Source: an uncultured Acidobacteriota bacterium (lineage in GTDB: Bacteria > Acidobacteriota > Terriglobia > Acidiferrales > UBA7541). From it: a stretch of 64,000 nt of DNA. Each line of letters opens with the position of its first letter. The first letter of the stretch is position 1. A program made the translations under genes and the position numbers. The stretch lies in contig CAVYHH010000003.1 in assembly GCA_963768275.1 (NCBI GenBank), forward strand, positions 44,810 through 108,809, written 5' to 3'. This document shows, in pieces, positions 36,688 through 45,930 of this stretch. Below the pieces are notes generated by a model. The model had not been told where the DNA came from, made no database searches, and worked only from the letters and a program-made list of their open reading frames with translations.

Positions 36688-38082
36688 CTACTTGGTCCAG
36701 GCCGCGCGAACCGGCTGGCCGATCAGCAACGCAGGGTCAGCGCCCTTTCGCGGGACGAGTTTCTGAGGACGGCCGCCCCACACTTCTGCGGTGTAGAGAT
36801 TGCCGTCCTGGTCCACTCCGAACTGGTGCGTTCCCCACAGTCCGCCCGCCTCGGGAGTCATCGTGCCCCACGTGTACAGCAGCTTTCCGTTCAAGTCGTA
36901 TTTGTAGAACTTGAAGTTGCCGTGGCCGTCCGACATCCAGAGATGTTGGTCCGCGGTCATGAAGATGTGATACGTCGCGGTGGGTCCGTCGCCGAGGTAC
37001 CACTGATTTAGGAATTTTCCATTCTCGTCGAAGATCTGAATGCGCCGGTTGCTGCGGTCGTTGATGTAGAGCCGGCGCTGGTTGTCGATCGCGATGCCGT
37101 GCACGGTATTGAAGTAGTTCGGCCGCTTCTCATGGCCGCCGGCCTCGCCCCTCTCGCCCCAGGCCATCAAGAACTTGCCGTTCTTGTCGAATTTCACGAC
37201 GCGCGTTTCCTCGTACCCGTCGGTGACGAAGAAGGTGCCGTCCGGCAACCACGCGATGTCGGTCTGACGGCCGAAGGTTTCGCTCGGCGGACCGGTTTTC
37301 TGGATGTACGACGGGCGCGCGGTGTTGCCGGTCATCTTTGCGTTTCGCTCGGTCGTTGTGTTTAACGTGCCGATCGTCTGGAGAAGTTTCTTGCCGTCGT
37401 TGCTGAATATGCGGATGACTTCGTGGCCGTCGTCGATGGCCCACACGCGCTTTTCCGGGTCATAGGGACTGATCAGAATCTTGTGAACGCGGCCCTGAGA
37501 CAGCACGTTCGGATTGTCCGGCTTGAATAGCGAATCCCACTGCGTCCACGCCTCTTTCACATTCCCCTCGGTGTCGTAAACTGTGATGATGTGTTTCCAC
37601 CGATAGTCCTTCCCATCCACGCCCATGTAATCGTCGGAGGCTTCGCCCGGGCTGGCGTAGGGACCCACGGACGCGTTCCGCGTGTACATCCCGCGCCCAG
37701 GGACTTCCACGTGCGCCGTCAATCCGAAAGCGGTCTGGAGCTCGACGTACGCTTTCTTGGCGTTGGTCAAGTCGGGCAACTCGCCTCGCATCACGACGAA
37801 AATGCGTTCCGGGTTCTGGACGAACACGCCTTGGACCGCGCCCCACGTCCAGCCCTTCTCCTCCGGAAACAAAGTGGACAAGGGTTTGGGCCAGTTCGGG
37901 TCGACTCGATACGGGCCGTCCACAAGTTCGTCGCTCGGGTTTGCTGGATCGACCCACTGACCCGCCGCTTTTTGCTGTGCCGCGCTCACCTTCTCAGTAC
38001 TCGAGAAGTTTATCAACGTCATGACGCCAATCGCGGCGCAGACAATCGCTCCGACAACTATCGCTCGACCCGTCCATTTCAT
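36688..38082 (-). CDS. secreted NHL-repeat beta-propeller (peptidyl-alpha-hydroxyglycine lyase-like)
   Basis: A 464-aa ORF with a signal/TM anchor. It has repeated NHL-type blades: VTDGYEETRVVKFDKNGKFLMAWG, LYINDRSNRRIQIFDENGKFL, LYTAEVWGGRPQKL. Confidence 0.75.
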   Translation of the reverse strand: MKWTGRAIVVGAIVCAAIGVMTLINFSSTEKVSAAQQKAAGQWVDPANPSDELVDGPYRVDPNWPKPLSTLFPEEKGWTWGAVQGVFVQNPERIFVVMRGELPDLTNAKKAYVELQTAFGLTAHVEVPGRGMYTRNASVGPYASPGEASDDYMGVDGKDYRWKHIITVYDTEGNVKEAWTQWDSLFKPDNPNVLSQGRVHKILISPYDPEKRVWAIDDGHEVIRIFSNDGKKLLQTIGTLNTTTERNAKMTGNTARPSYIQKTGPPSETFGRQTDIAWLPDGTFFVTDGYEETRVVKFDKNGKFLMAWGERGEAGGHEKRPNYFNTVHGIAIDNQRRLYINDRSNRRIQIFDENGKFLNQWYLGDGPTATYHIFMTADQHLWMSDGHGNFKFYKYDLNGKLLYTWGTMTPEAGGLWGTHQFGVDQDGNLYTAEVWGGRPQKLVPRKGADPALLIGQPVRAAWTK

Positions 38083-38158
38083 TGGGGTTCCTCCTCAGTT
38101 TTGCCTTTCGCGCTTCCTGCCCCAGTTGCGCGATATTAGCCGAAACGGGCGCGACGCC

Positions 38159-38218
38159 GGGAACGCCAATCTCCCGATTGGTGGCTTGCGTTACGCCAAT
38201 CGGGAGATTGGCGTTCCC
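38159..38218. repeat. 60-bp nested palindrome P2
   Basis: Arms gggaacgccaatctcccgattgg (38159-38181) and ccaatcgggagattggcgttccc (38196-38218). Each arm contains ccaatc-NNNN-gattgg. The outer clamp is GGAAC..GTTCC, as in P1. Confidence 0.8.
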
Positions 38219-38287
38219 AGGTTTCCATTTTGACTTCCGGCCCCGCCGATAACGTACACCCAAATGGGCAATCGTCGAATCAGATTT

Positions 38288-38316
38288 TTCCTTCGGGGCC
38301 AGAAACGTCCTATAAT
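38288..38316 (+). promoter_or_regulatory. candidate sigma-70-type promoter of msrA
   Basis: A perfect TATAAT at 38311-38316, 17 nt after the weak -35 TTCCTT (38288-38293). It is followed by GAGGAG and the ATG at 38339. Confidence 0.3.
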
Positions 38317-38338
38317 CCAGGTTGTGAGGAGCATTCCT

Positions 38339-39010
38339 ATGCCAACACGTTTGTTTTTGAGTTTTGCATTCGCGTTCTCGATCCTGGCGTATGGCGCGAG
38401 CGCCGCGCCGGGCCAGCCAATCCCTCCCCCGAAGGTTGACGCGCCGCTCGCGTCGGCGGCCGGAAGAGACACGGCCGTTTTCGCCGGCGGTTGTTTCTGG
38501 GGCACTCAAGCCGTGTTTGAACGGGTGAAGGGAGTCCTCAAGACCACCGTGGGGTATGCCGGTGGTTCGGCGGCGACCGCGACGTACGATCAGGTAGTCA
38601 CCGAAACGACGGGACATGCCGAATCGGTGGAGGTCGTCTACGATCCGTCTCGGATTACGTATGGCCAGTTGCTTCGCATCTTCTTTTCCGTGGCCCACGA
38701 TCCAACCGAACTCAACCGGCAGGGACCGGATGTCGGCACTTCGTACCGTTCGGCCATCTTTTATTCCAACGACGAGCAGAAGCGTCTTGCCGCCGCGTAC
38801 ATCGCGCAGCTCGACGCCGCGAAAGTTTTTCCGAAGCATATCGTGACGGAAGTCACGCCGCTCAAGGCCTTCTATCGCGGCGAAGATTATCACCAGGATT
38901 ATGCGCTGAAGAATCCCAACAGCTCTTACATCCAGATTTGCGACCTGCCCAAGATCAGTGCGTTGAAACAGCAGTTCCCCGAGTTGTTTGTAGATTACAA
39001 GGGGAAATAG
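38339..39010 (+). CDS. msrA: peptide-methionine (S)-S-oxide reductase MsrA with signal peptide
   Basis: The ORF track start is 38264. I prefer the ATG at 38339, which follows GAGGAG (MPTRLFLSFAFAFSILAYGASAA). The catalytic motif is GGCFWGTQ, followed by GHAESVEVVYDP and GRQGPDVGTSYRS. Confidence 0.9.
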   Translation: MPTRLFLSFAFAFSILAYGASAAPGQPIPPPKVDAPLASAAGRDTAVFAGGCFWGTQAVFERVKGVLKTTVGYAGGSAATATYDQVVTETTGHAESVEVVYDPSRITYGQLLRIFFSVAHDPTELNRQGPDVGTSYRSAIFYSNDEQKRLAAAYIAQLDAAKVFPKHIVTEVTPLKAFYRGEDYHQDYALKNPNSSYIQICDLPKISALKQQFPELFVDYKGK

Positions 39011-39041
39011 GCGCGGACGGCTGCCCGCCCCAAAAACGGGC

Positions 39042-39087
39042 GGCCTCTACAAAACCAACAACAACGCAGGGCGGTTTTGTAGAGGCC
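39042..39087. terminator. long hairpin between convergent genes (possible bidirectional terminator)
   Basis: The 15-bp stem ggcctctacaaaacc/ggttttgtagaggcc encloses a 16-nt loop. A 6-bp GC hairpin precedes it (39025-39043). There is no clean U-tract. Confidence 0.4.
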
Positions 39088-39210
39088 GTTCCGTCCCTTT
39101 CACGGTGAGCGTACACGGTGAACCGTGTATTTCGGGACGGAACGGGCATTTTCGCAATCAAACTGACACACACCCACGCGTTGCCGAAGCTCGTTTCTCC
39201 AGCGCCATTC

Positions 39211-39603
39211 CTACGCGGTTCTGGAGGCCGCCTGCTCTTGCGGCTCCGCCCAGCGCAGCGCTTCAGAGCGGTCGCGGAACACACGGATTCCGTATTCGCC
39301 CTGCGCTTCACGCATCATTTTGAACATGCTGGCAAATCCGAACTGCTCGTCCGTCGTCACCAGCACTGCGCGCCGGGAATGAGCCGAGAAGATCGTCGCG
39401 GCCGCCACCGATCGCACTTCCTCCGGACTGAAATCGATCCCGGTAGCAGCCGTGCAATCCACGATCTGAGAACACTCCGGGTCGAAGTCGGGATCGCCTA
39501 GAAGCCGCCGCTGATGAGCCAATAAATCTGCTGCCGTCACCAGGCCGGATGCAGTACTAAAAACCAAACGTCGCGCTTTGTCAATGTGATATGAGGCTGG
39601 CAC
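39211..39603 (-). CDS. hypothetical protein (possibly STAS/SpoIIAA-like fold)
   Basis: I prefer the GTG at 39603, 6 nt after GAGGAGGA, which gives (M)PASYHIDKARRLVFSTASGLVTAADLLAH... The fold guess rests only on the sequence pattern. Confidence 0.5.
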   Translation of the reverse strand: MPASYHIDKARRLVFSTASGLVTAADLLAHQRRLLGDPDFDPECSQIVDCTAATGIDFSPEEVRSVAAATIFSAHSRRAVLVTTDEQFGFASMFKMMREAQGEYGIRVFRDRSEALRWAEPQEQAASRTA

Positions 39604-39845
39604 TGTTTGTCCTCCTCTCGGGGTGTGCCCTGCGTGGACGCAGGAGGGGACCGTCTTCACCGGAATTTCGAATTGGGCCTAACTTACGCGCATCCTACTC
39701 TTCTCTTGCCTTCGATACAATAAATTTGCGACAAGAGCAAGCCCAGCGATATATTTTCGCGGGTCGAGCGCCCGGTGTAGGATCACACCAGGTTCCACAT
39801 CGCATCGGAATCTCAGGTACTTCAAAAATTGTTGGAGGTTACTCC

Positions 39846-40403
39846 ATGCAAATGAAACCTAGTCGTTTTCTGACGAGACTATTTCTATGCGCGGCCTTCG
39901 TGGCCTGTGCCGCAACGATCTGGTTCTCAGTTCCTACATCGCTTTTGTTCGCCAAACCGGCCGACAACACCGCGGCGGCCTACGTTACGACTGCTGAGAT
40001 TGACGCTGCCCTGCGGCAAATGCCGCCAACCAGCACGACTTTTGACAAACCCATCAAGACAGTCGACACGGGGGCGTACAAAGTTACGATCGTGATCCTC
40101 CGGCGAATACCGGGAAAAACTCCCGACAGTTCCCTCTTGCACGACAGGGTGACCGAGGTCTACCAAATCCTAACGGGTGCCGGGATGTTTGAGACTGGAG
40201 GGACGCTGGTAGATGGGAAGCCTGTGGACCTCACCTCGGAAGCCGCCGGCCCCAGCGTCAGAGGCACGATTCAAGGTGGCGAGAGCCGCCGGATGGGACC
40301 GGGCGACGTAGTCGTGATTCCACCGGGCGTGCCGCATCGGTTCAGCTCGCTCGAGGGAATGATTACATATCTGGTGACTCGGATCGAGGCGCCCCGTCCC
40401 TAA
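39846..40403 (+). CDS. secreted cupin-domain protein
   Basis: I prefer the ATG at 39846, which follows GGAGG. The signal peptide is MQMKPSRFLTRLFLCAAFVACAA, and the cupin motif is GDVVVIPPGVPHRF. Confidence 0.7.
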   Translation: MQMKPSRFLTRLFLCAAFVACAATIWFSVPTSLLFAKPADNTAAAYVTTAEIDAALRQMPPTSTTFDKPIKTVDTGAYKVTIVILRRIPGKTPDSSLLHDRVTEVYQILTGAGMFETGGTLVDGKPVDLTSEAAGPSVRGTIQGGESRRMGPGDVVVIPPGVPHRFSSLEGMITYLVTRIEAPRP

Positions 40404-40527
40404 GAGAAGCCATCTGGAATGGCAAAGAGTCTCCATCGAGAGAGACGGTCGCATCTGGGCCCTGCAGTCAGATTTTCCGAGTCTGGAAGCCACGGTCCGA
40501 TAGGTCTGTCTGTTAGGACCTGGCCGC

Positions 40528-40932
40528 ATGGAAATGAGATTGGCTTCCTCGCTCTCGATCTACAGCACAAGTTGTATGATTTGCTTTGGTTATGCCGTAG
40601 ATGGCTCGGAGGTTAGTGCATTGTTTTTCCAGTATGACAACGGTTGGATCGCTTACGGCCTTGTTTTGGCCGTAGTCATTGGAATGGCTATCGGCACTGT
40701 CGCCGGGTCCATTGCGTCCTTCGTATTGAGGCTTGGTATTCGGGGAGTTCAGTGGGATGCGCTTCTCGGCTCGATAGGCTACGTAACGGCAACTCAGATA
40801 CCGTGGCCGCGAAGTGTCACCAATCACGATGTTGGCACAACGATTGTGACTGTGGCCTTAGCCGCGATGCTTCCCATTTTGCGCGAACTATATCGCTCCA
40901 GAGAGAAAGTCGCGATCAAATCCGCAGGATAG
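40528..40932 (+). CDS. hypothetical membrane protein
   Basis: A 134-aa ORF with 3-4 hydrophobic helices in an AT-richer island. Confidence 0.45.
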   Translation: MEMRLASSLSIYSTSCMICFGYAVDGSEVSALFFQYDNGWIAYGLVLAVVIGMAIGTVAGSIASFVLRLGIRGVQWDALLGSIGYVTATQIPWPRSVTNHDVGTTIVTVALAAMLPILRELYRSREKVAIKSAG

Positions 40933-40964
40933 CCAAAAATATAGTTCGGCGGAAACCGGCTTCG

Positions 40965-40983
40965 GGCCACATTCCGATATTCC
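40965..40983 (+). repeat. REP-like head
   Basis: Sequence ggccacattccgatattcc. Confidence 0.6.
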
Positions 40984-41072
40984 CTGCCAGCTCAATCGGT
41001 CAACTGGTTATCACCGACTGTCCCACGATATTCGATTGGTTGTACCAAGGTGAACTGCGATAATGCCGGCCA

Positions 41073-41438
41073 GTGAGAGAAATTGTGAAATCCAACCTTC
41101 GCGAAGTTTTGGGCGACACACACATTGCAGCCGTTGCGATTGTGCTTCTTCTTACTTGGTCGTTAAGTTCGGGAGTTCGTGCTGTGGGGAGGCCACTTCT
41201 CACTGTAGTTAGTTTTTTCGCCCAGATGGTGGCGATTCGACTTAATCCCTCTGTTTATGATGTTGGCGATCTAAGTTTGGGCTACCGGCTCTCGCAAATC
41301 CGTACGATAACAGATTTTCTCGATGCTGTTATTAGCCTCAGCGCGGCATGGGTTTTGTCGCGCTGGGTGTATAAAGCTGCACCGCTTCGCAGCTTGAGTG
41401 AATGCTACATCAGGATCAGAAGGAGAAATCATGGTTGA
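41073..41438 (+). CDS. small membrane protein (tandem paralog 1)
   Basis: A 121-aa ORF with a GTG start: SNLREVLGDTHIAAVAIVLLLTW... It overlaps the next gene by 8 nt. Confidence 0.45.
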   Translation: MREIVKSNLREVLGDTHIAAVAIVLLLTWSLSSGVRAVGRPLLTVVSFFAQMVAIRLNPSVYDVGDLSLGYRLSQIRTITDFLDAVISLSAAWVLSRWVYKAAPLRSLSECYIRIRRRNHG

Positions 41439-41736
41439 TCGCCTCAAACGAATTCTCGTGGAGAGTTTTGTCGGTGTTATCGCTCTCGGATACTTACTCG
41501 CTGAAGTTGTGCTGTACTTTGTAAGTGTGTTTACTTCACCCCTTTCAACATGGGCGGCGCATAATCTATATCCAGCGATTGTGCCGCGCACCGCCCCTTC
41601 CTCAGGTTCATACCTACGAGCTGCAGCGTCCCCAGCCGTCGGATTCGTCTTGCTCCTATTAGTCTGGTATCTACTGCTGCGTTGGTTGTATTTCACACCC
41701 CTCAAGAAAGAAGAGGCTGATCGCGCCACATCTTGA
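41431..41736 (+). CDS. small membrane protein (tandem paralog 2)
   Basis: The ATG at 41431 follows AAGGAG: MVDRLKRILVESFVGVIALGYLLAEVV... It has the same architecture as the preceding ORF. Confidence 0.5.
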   Translation: MVDRLKRILVESFVGVIALGYLLAEVVLYFVSVFTSPLSTWAAHNLYPAIVPRTAPSSGSYLRAAASPAVGFVLLLLVWYLLLRWLYFTPLKKEEADRATS

Positions 41737-41737
41737 T

Positions 41738-41762
41738 AAGTCTTATCGGATTGTGGCTTTTT
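41738..41762 (-). repeat. REP-like head
   Basis: Sequence aagtcttatcggattgtggcttttt. Confidence 0.6.
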
Positions 41763-41965
41763 TCCTTCACTGCCTTGGGCCACGGTCCGACTATTTGTTT
41801 GTCAGGACCCATCCGGCTCAAGTAGAACTGAGGGCGCCTTTGAGACCGCTTTCAATAGACTGCAACGGGGATTGAGGTTGTAGAGGTCTACTTTGCTGAG
41901 TCTCTTGACTTGAGGCTCGCGCGGTTCTACTCTCTGCGCCGAAGGGTTAGGAGCGCCTTCCCACT

Positions 41966-43048
41966 ATGACTTCAACCACCATGAGAAAATATTTCCTCGG
42001 GCGAAAGAACGCGTGGCTTCTGCTCGGATTGCTGGCCGCGGCACTGCCCCTGGCGGCTGCGACGGCCCGGATCTACGTCGCGAACCGGGGCGGAACAACT
42101 ATCGATGTGATCGACACCGCGACCAACAAAGTCGTGGAAGTGATCAAAGGCATCGAGTCGCCCGAAGTGATCCGATTCTCTCCCGACGGTAGCCGGCTCT
42201 ACATCACCAGCAGGAGCGAGGACGTCCTCGACGTCCGGGATCGCAAGAGCGGGAAGACGATCAAGAAGGTGCCGCTCAGCGGCTGGGCCAACGATGCGGG
42301 AGTCACGAGCGATGGAAAGCTGATCGTGATCTGCATCCGCAATACCGGCACGGAGGCGGTGGATGCCGGGGCGCTCGACATTATTGACTCCAAATCCCTG
42401 GAGAAGGTCAAAAGCATTCCTGTGAGAAGAGGGCTGCACGACGTGGCGCTGACCGGGGACGGCAAGTTCGCGGCCGCCGGCTCTCCGGGTGGACAGTTCA
42501 TAACCGTTTTCGATCTCCAAAAGATGGAAGTCGCCTGGGAAGTTCAGTATGACCAGGGAGTGCTCCCGGTAATTATCGAGAGTAACCCCGACGGCTCGGG
42601 CCACCGGATTTTTGCCAACCTGAATCGAACGAACGGATTCTCAGTCGTCGATTTTGCGACGCACAAAGAAGTGGCCAGAATCAAGAATCCCGACGAACCC
42701 TCCGGATTCCCTCCTGGGTGCGAAGGTATCAGCCACGGCATCAACATCTCGCCGGACAATAAAACTCTCTGGACCAACAGCCGGCCGGCCAACGCCGTTT
42801 TCGTCTACTCGCTCCCCGACCTCAAGCTGATGGGACATGTCTCCTTGCCTGATACCGAGGTTCCGGGAAAGAACCCAAGAGGCGGCGGACCCGCCTGGAT
42901 CACCTTCACTCCGGACAGCAAGACGGTCTACGTTTCCACCTGCGGGACCAAGTCGATCACCGCGATCGATGTGCAGGCAATCAAAGAGGTGACTCGCATT
43001 CCTGTCCACGAAATGCCCGACCGGATCAGCACGTTGGTCCTGCGTTGA
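41966..43048 (+). CDS. secreted YVTN-family beta-propeller repeat protein
   Basis: A 360-aa ORF with a signal peptide. Repeated units include RIYVANRGGTTIDVIDTATNKVV, LYITSRSEDVLDVRD and VYVSTCGTKSITAIDV. Confidence 0.8.
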   Translation: MTSTTMRKYFLGRKNAWLLLGLLAAALPLAAATARIYVANRGGTTIDVIDTATNKVVEVIKGIESPEVIRFSPDGSRLYITSRSEDVLDVRDRKSGKTIKKVPLSGWANDAGVTSDGKLIVICIRNTGTEAVDAGALDIIDSKSLEKVKSIPVRRGLHDVALTGDGKFAAAGSPGGQFITVFDLQKMEVAWEVQYDQGVLPVIIESNPDGSGHRIFANLNRTNGFSVVDFATHKEVARIKNPDEPSGFPPGCEGISHGINISPDNKTLWTNSRPANAVFVYSLPDLKLMGHVSLPDTEVPGKNPRGGGPAWITFTPDSKTVYVSTCGTKSITAIDVQAIKEVTRIPVHEMPDRISTLVLR

Positions 43049-43122
43049 AGATGTGATTCGGACCTTTGCACGAGACGCGGAACTTCTGGCCGCAACACAG
43101 ACTTTGAGCTGGTAAATGTGAG

Positions 43123-43635
43123 GTGATTATGATTTCAAGGGTTCTGCCAAAAATAATCTTCGCTGGTTTCCTGGCAGCCGCTGCCGTCTTGTTATACGTG
43201 TTCGTTCCCCGTGTTACGGCACAGACCTCCGGCGGCCCCGACGCGCAAGGGCCGCAGCTTGATTACGCGTATTTCAAATCGAATATCGAGCCTATCTTCC
43301 TGAAAAAGCGGTCGGACGAACACGCCCGCTGCTACGTTTGCCATCAAGTCATGCGTCACGGCGGCGGACCTCTCAGCCTGGACATGCTCCCACAAGGGGC
43401 CAGCTTCTGGACCGAGGAGCAATCTCGCCATAACTTCGAGACCGTCTCGAAACTGGTGGTTCCCGGCAAGCCGGAATTGAGCCTCTTTCTGCGAATGCCT
43501 CTGGCCCCGGAAGCGGGCGGCCTCGCCGACACTCACCAGGGAGGCAGGCAATTTGCCTCCGAAGACGACCCGGACTGGAAGAACATGAAGGCGTGGGTGA
43601 TGGGACAAAAAGCGGGAGGTTCCTCCGCACCGTAG
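43123..43635 (+). CDS. c-type cytochrome-like protein (PSCyt1-like domain, CxxCH)
   Basis: A 170-aa ORF with a TM/signal anchor. The haem-binding motif is CYVCH, within FKSNIEPIFLKKRSDEHARCYVCHQ. Confidence 0.65.
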   Translation: MIMISRVLPKIIFAGFLAAAAVLLYVFVPRVTAQTSGGPDAQGPQLDYAYFKSNIEPIFLKKRSDEHARCYVCHQVMRHGGGPLSLDMLPQGASFWTEEQSRHNFETVSKLVVPGKPELSLFLRMPLAPEAGGLADTHQGGRQFASEDDPDWKNMKAWVMGQKAGGSSAP

Positions 43636-43717
43636 CCAAAGGGACCTCTTATCGAGATGTAGCTTTGCAATGATGACGGGGAGGCCTGATTCCGAAAGTT
43701 TTGAGGAATCCGAAACC

Positions 43718-44509
43718 ATGCGAAAGCAGTGGATCCTCGCTGTTCTACTCATGAGCGTAGTATCGTTGGTTTCAGGTTCGCTATTCGCTCAGGATGAAAC
43801 GCCGCCGAATCCGCCCCAGCCGGGTGCCGCTGCTCCGCGGCAGATGCGCGGCCCTGCGCCTCCCGTCCCCGGTCCTCCCCACGATCCCCACGATTTGACT
43901 GGAGTGTGGAACGGGCGCCGCGGCTACGGCGGCAGTACCTTCGGCAGGCAAGCCCCTGAAATGACGGAGTGGGGGCAGCAGCAATTTAAGCTGGCCAAAG
44001 CTTCCAACAACGGCGAGTACAACCTCAAGGAGACGAACGATCCGATCCTCACCAAGTGTTTGCCTCCGGGCACGCCTCGCATCTATCTGCAGCCGGTTCC
44101 GATGCAGGTGATTCAGACTCCAAAAGCAGTCCTATTCATCTACGAGTACGACCATATCGTGCGCTACGTTTTCACCGACGGGCGCAAGCATCCCGACGAC
44201 ATCACGCCCACCTACATGGGCCATTCCATCGGCCGTTGGGACGGCGATATTTTCGTTGTGGACACGGTGGGCTTTAACGAAAAGACGTGGCTCGACCGCG
44301 TCGGACACGCCCACAGCGATCAGCTGCACGTGATCGAGCGTTTTCACCGGATCGATCAGAATAATCTGGAACTCGACATCACCATGGAAGACGCCAAAGC
44401 GCTGGCCAAACCGTGGGATGTGCACTTTGGATTTTCGCTGCATGCGGACTGGGACATCCTGGAACAGGCCTGCACCGACAACGCCTCGTTCGTGGACTTC
44501 GAGAAATAG
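43718..44509 (+). CDS. secreted protein, paralog family S (third copy)
   Basis: I prefer the ATG at 43718 (MRKQWILAVLLMSVVSLVSGSLFA). Motifs are HDLTGVWNG and GRWDGDIFVVDTVGFNEKTWLDRVGHAHSDQLHVIERF. Confidence 0.7.
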   Translation: MRKQWILAVLLMSVVSLVSGSLFAQDETPPNPPQPGAAAPRQMRGPAPPVPGPPHDPHDLTGVWNGRRGYGGSTFGRQAPEMTEWGQQQFKLAKASNNGEYNLKETNDPILTKCLPPGTPRIYLQPVPMQVIQTPKAVLFIYEYDHIVRYVFTDGRKHPDDITPTYMGHSIGRWDGDIFVVDTVGFNEKTWLDRVGHAHSDQLHVIERFHRIDQNNLELDITMEDAKALAKPWDVHFGFSLHADWDILEQACTDNASFVDFEK

Positions 44510-44572
44510 CGAATCCCATTTTTTGTTTTTGAGTCCGAAACAAAAGGCCGAACGCTGAGAGCGGTCTCGTAT

Positions 44573-45535
44573 TCACTTCGGTGGGAGCGATCCAAGGTAT
44601 GCGGAGATTGCAATAATGTCATCCTCGGAAAGGTTCGCAACCACTTTCTTCATCGGCGCCACGGCAGCGCCGTCGCTCGATCCATTCTGAATGCAGATGA
44701 GTTGCCGGGCGAGATAGACCGGCTGCAGACCAGCAAGTCTTGGTACTTCACCGAGCCCCCTCAAGTCGTCCCCGTGACAGCCCGCGCATTGAATCGTCTT
44801 CCCAGACGCGCCAGTCTTCACCAGCGCCTCTCCCCTAGCAATGCTGCCGGGAGGAACGTAAGCCAGAAATGGAGAGTGCGGATCGCGATCCGCTGTTCGG
44901 ACCGGATCGACCGGTGTTTCGATGATGCGATGGCCGATTGGCTCAGTGCCGCCGGCAGGGTCCAGAAGTCGATGGCGCGCCGCGGAACTGACGTAGGTCT
45001 TGGGCGGCGTGGCGGTTTCGATGACTTTCACCCAGGGGATCGGCTTGATTGCCGCGTAGTATTCAGCGGATTGCCGCACATCTTCATCGGACACGACTTT
45101 CGCTATCGGGCCCATACGATCGTCGTCCTTCCGGGCTCCAGTCTTGAAATAGCTCATCTGACGCACGATGTACTCGGCAGGGAGGCCGGCAATATCGGCG
45201 GATTCAGGATGCCCTTGTCCCGACATGAGGTGGCAGGTGCCGCACGCCATCTTGGCAACTCCGCTTTCATCCTTTACGATCGGCGGAGCGGGACCGTGCT
45301 CATCGGGAAACCAATCGGGCGGATTTCCGCTGCTGGCGACTTGACCGGGGTCATACACTTTGGCGCTGCCCGGCACGCTCACTGGGCCTGTCGCCTTCAC
45401 GGTGGGCGGCTGCACCTTGTCCGGAATGTTGTAGGCCCACGAAGGAAGACCGTTGGGAACCGACTGCGGCACTTGCGCGGCAGCGGGCAAGGACGTCAGG
45501 GATACGAGAGCCAGAATCCTGATCCAGTAGCTCAT
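44573..45535 (-). CDS. di-haem c-type cytochrome
   Basis: Two CxxCH motifs (CGTCH, CAGCH). A signal peptide follows the ATG at 45535 (MSYWIRILALVSLTSLPAAA). The ORF track extends to the GTG at 45571. Confidence 0.8.
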   Translation of the reverse strand: MSYWIRILALVSLTSLPAAAQVPQSVPNGLPSWAYNIPDKVQPPTVKATGPVSVPGSAKVYDPGQVASSGNPPDWFPDEHGPAPPIVKDESGVAKMACGTCHLMSGQGHPESADIAGLPAEYIVRQMSYFKTGARKDDDRMGPIAKVVSDEDVRQSAEYYAAIKPIPWVKVIETATPPKTYVSSAARHRLLDPAGGTEPIGHRIIETPVDPVRTADRDPHSPFLAYVPPGSIARGEALVKTGASGKTIQCAGCHGDDLRGLGEVPRLAGLQPVYLARQLICIQNGSSDGAAVAPMKKVVANLSEDDIIAISAYLGSLPPK

Positions 45536-45930
45536 AAACTTAGGTCCAAATCTGCGCAAACGAATATACACCCGGATGTCAAATTCTGAAAAAGGCGGCG
45601 CTTCATCGAGAGTCTCGGAAATCTAGAATTGGTCCTCCGCGTCTTTAAACCGGACTCTCAAATGGGAATTCTATTCTTTAAGTACTTTTTGTTCTGCCGG
45701 AAAATGTTACTTGACATAAATTTATATTTATAGCAAATTGCGGGGGATTCGATACTCCGTACGAAGCCCCGTACGAACCCCCGGCCACAGCTTAAAACTG
45801 TGGATGTAAATCGAAGCCGTTTCTCAAGAAATGGACGACATCCTCGAAGACTTGGAGGGTCGGCCTATCTGAGCATTCCCAGCCAGCCCATTCTCGGCAG
45901 TACAGCATTTGCCAGGAAAGGAAAACAGCA

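Noticed and set aside
38021-38505. ORFs 38021-38233 (plus) and 38191-38505 (minus), containing mirrored NANLPIG / ANREIGVP peptides.
   Set aside because: The mirrored peptides are simply translations of the two arms of palindrome P2. The region is intergenic.
45711-45740. A sigma-70 promoter for the phosphoesterase gene based on TTGACA at 45711-45716.
   Set aside because: No acceptable -10 hexamer lies at a 16-18 nt spacing (the candidates tatagc and caaatt are mis-spaced or weak). I mention it only as context for the direct-repeat finding.
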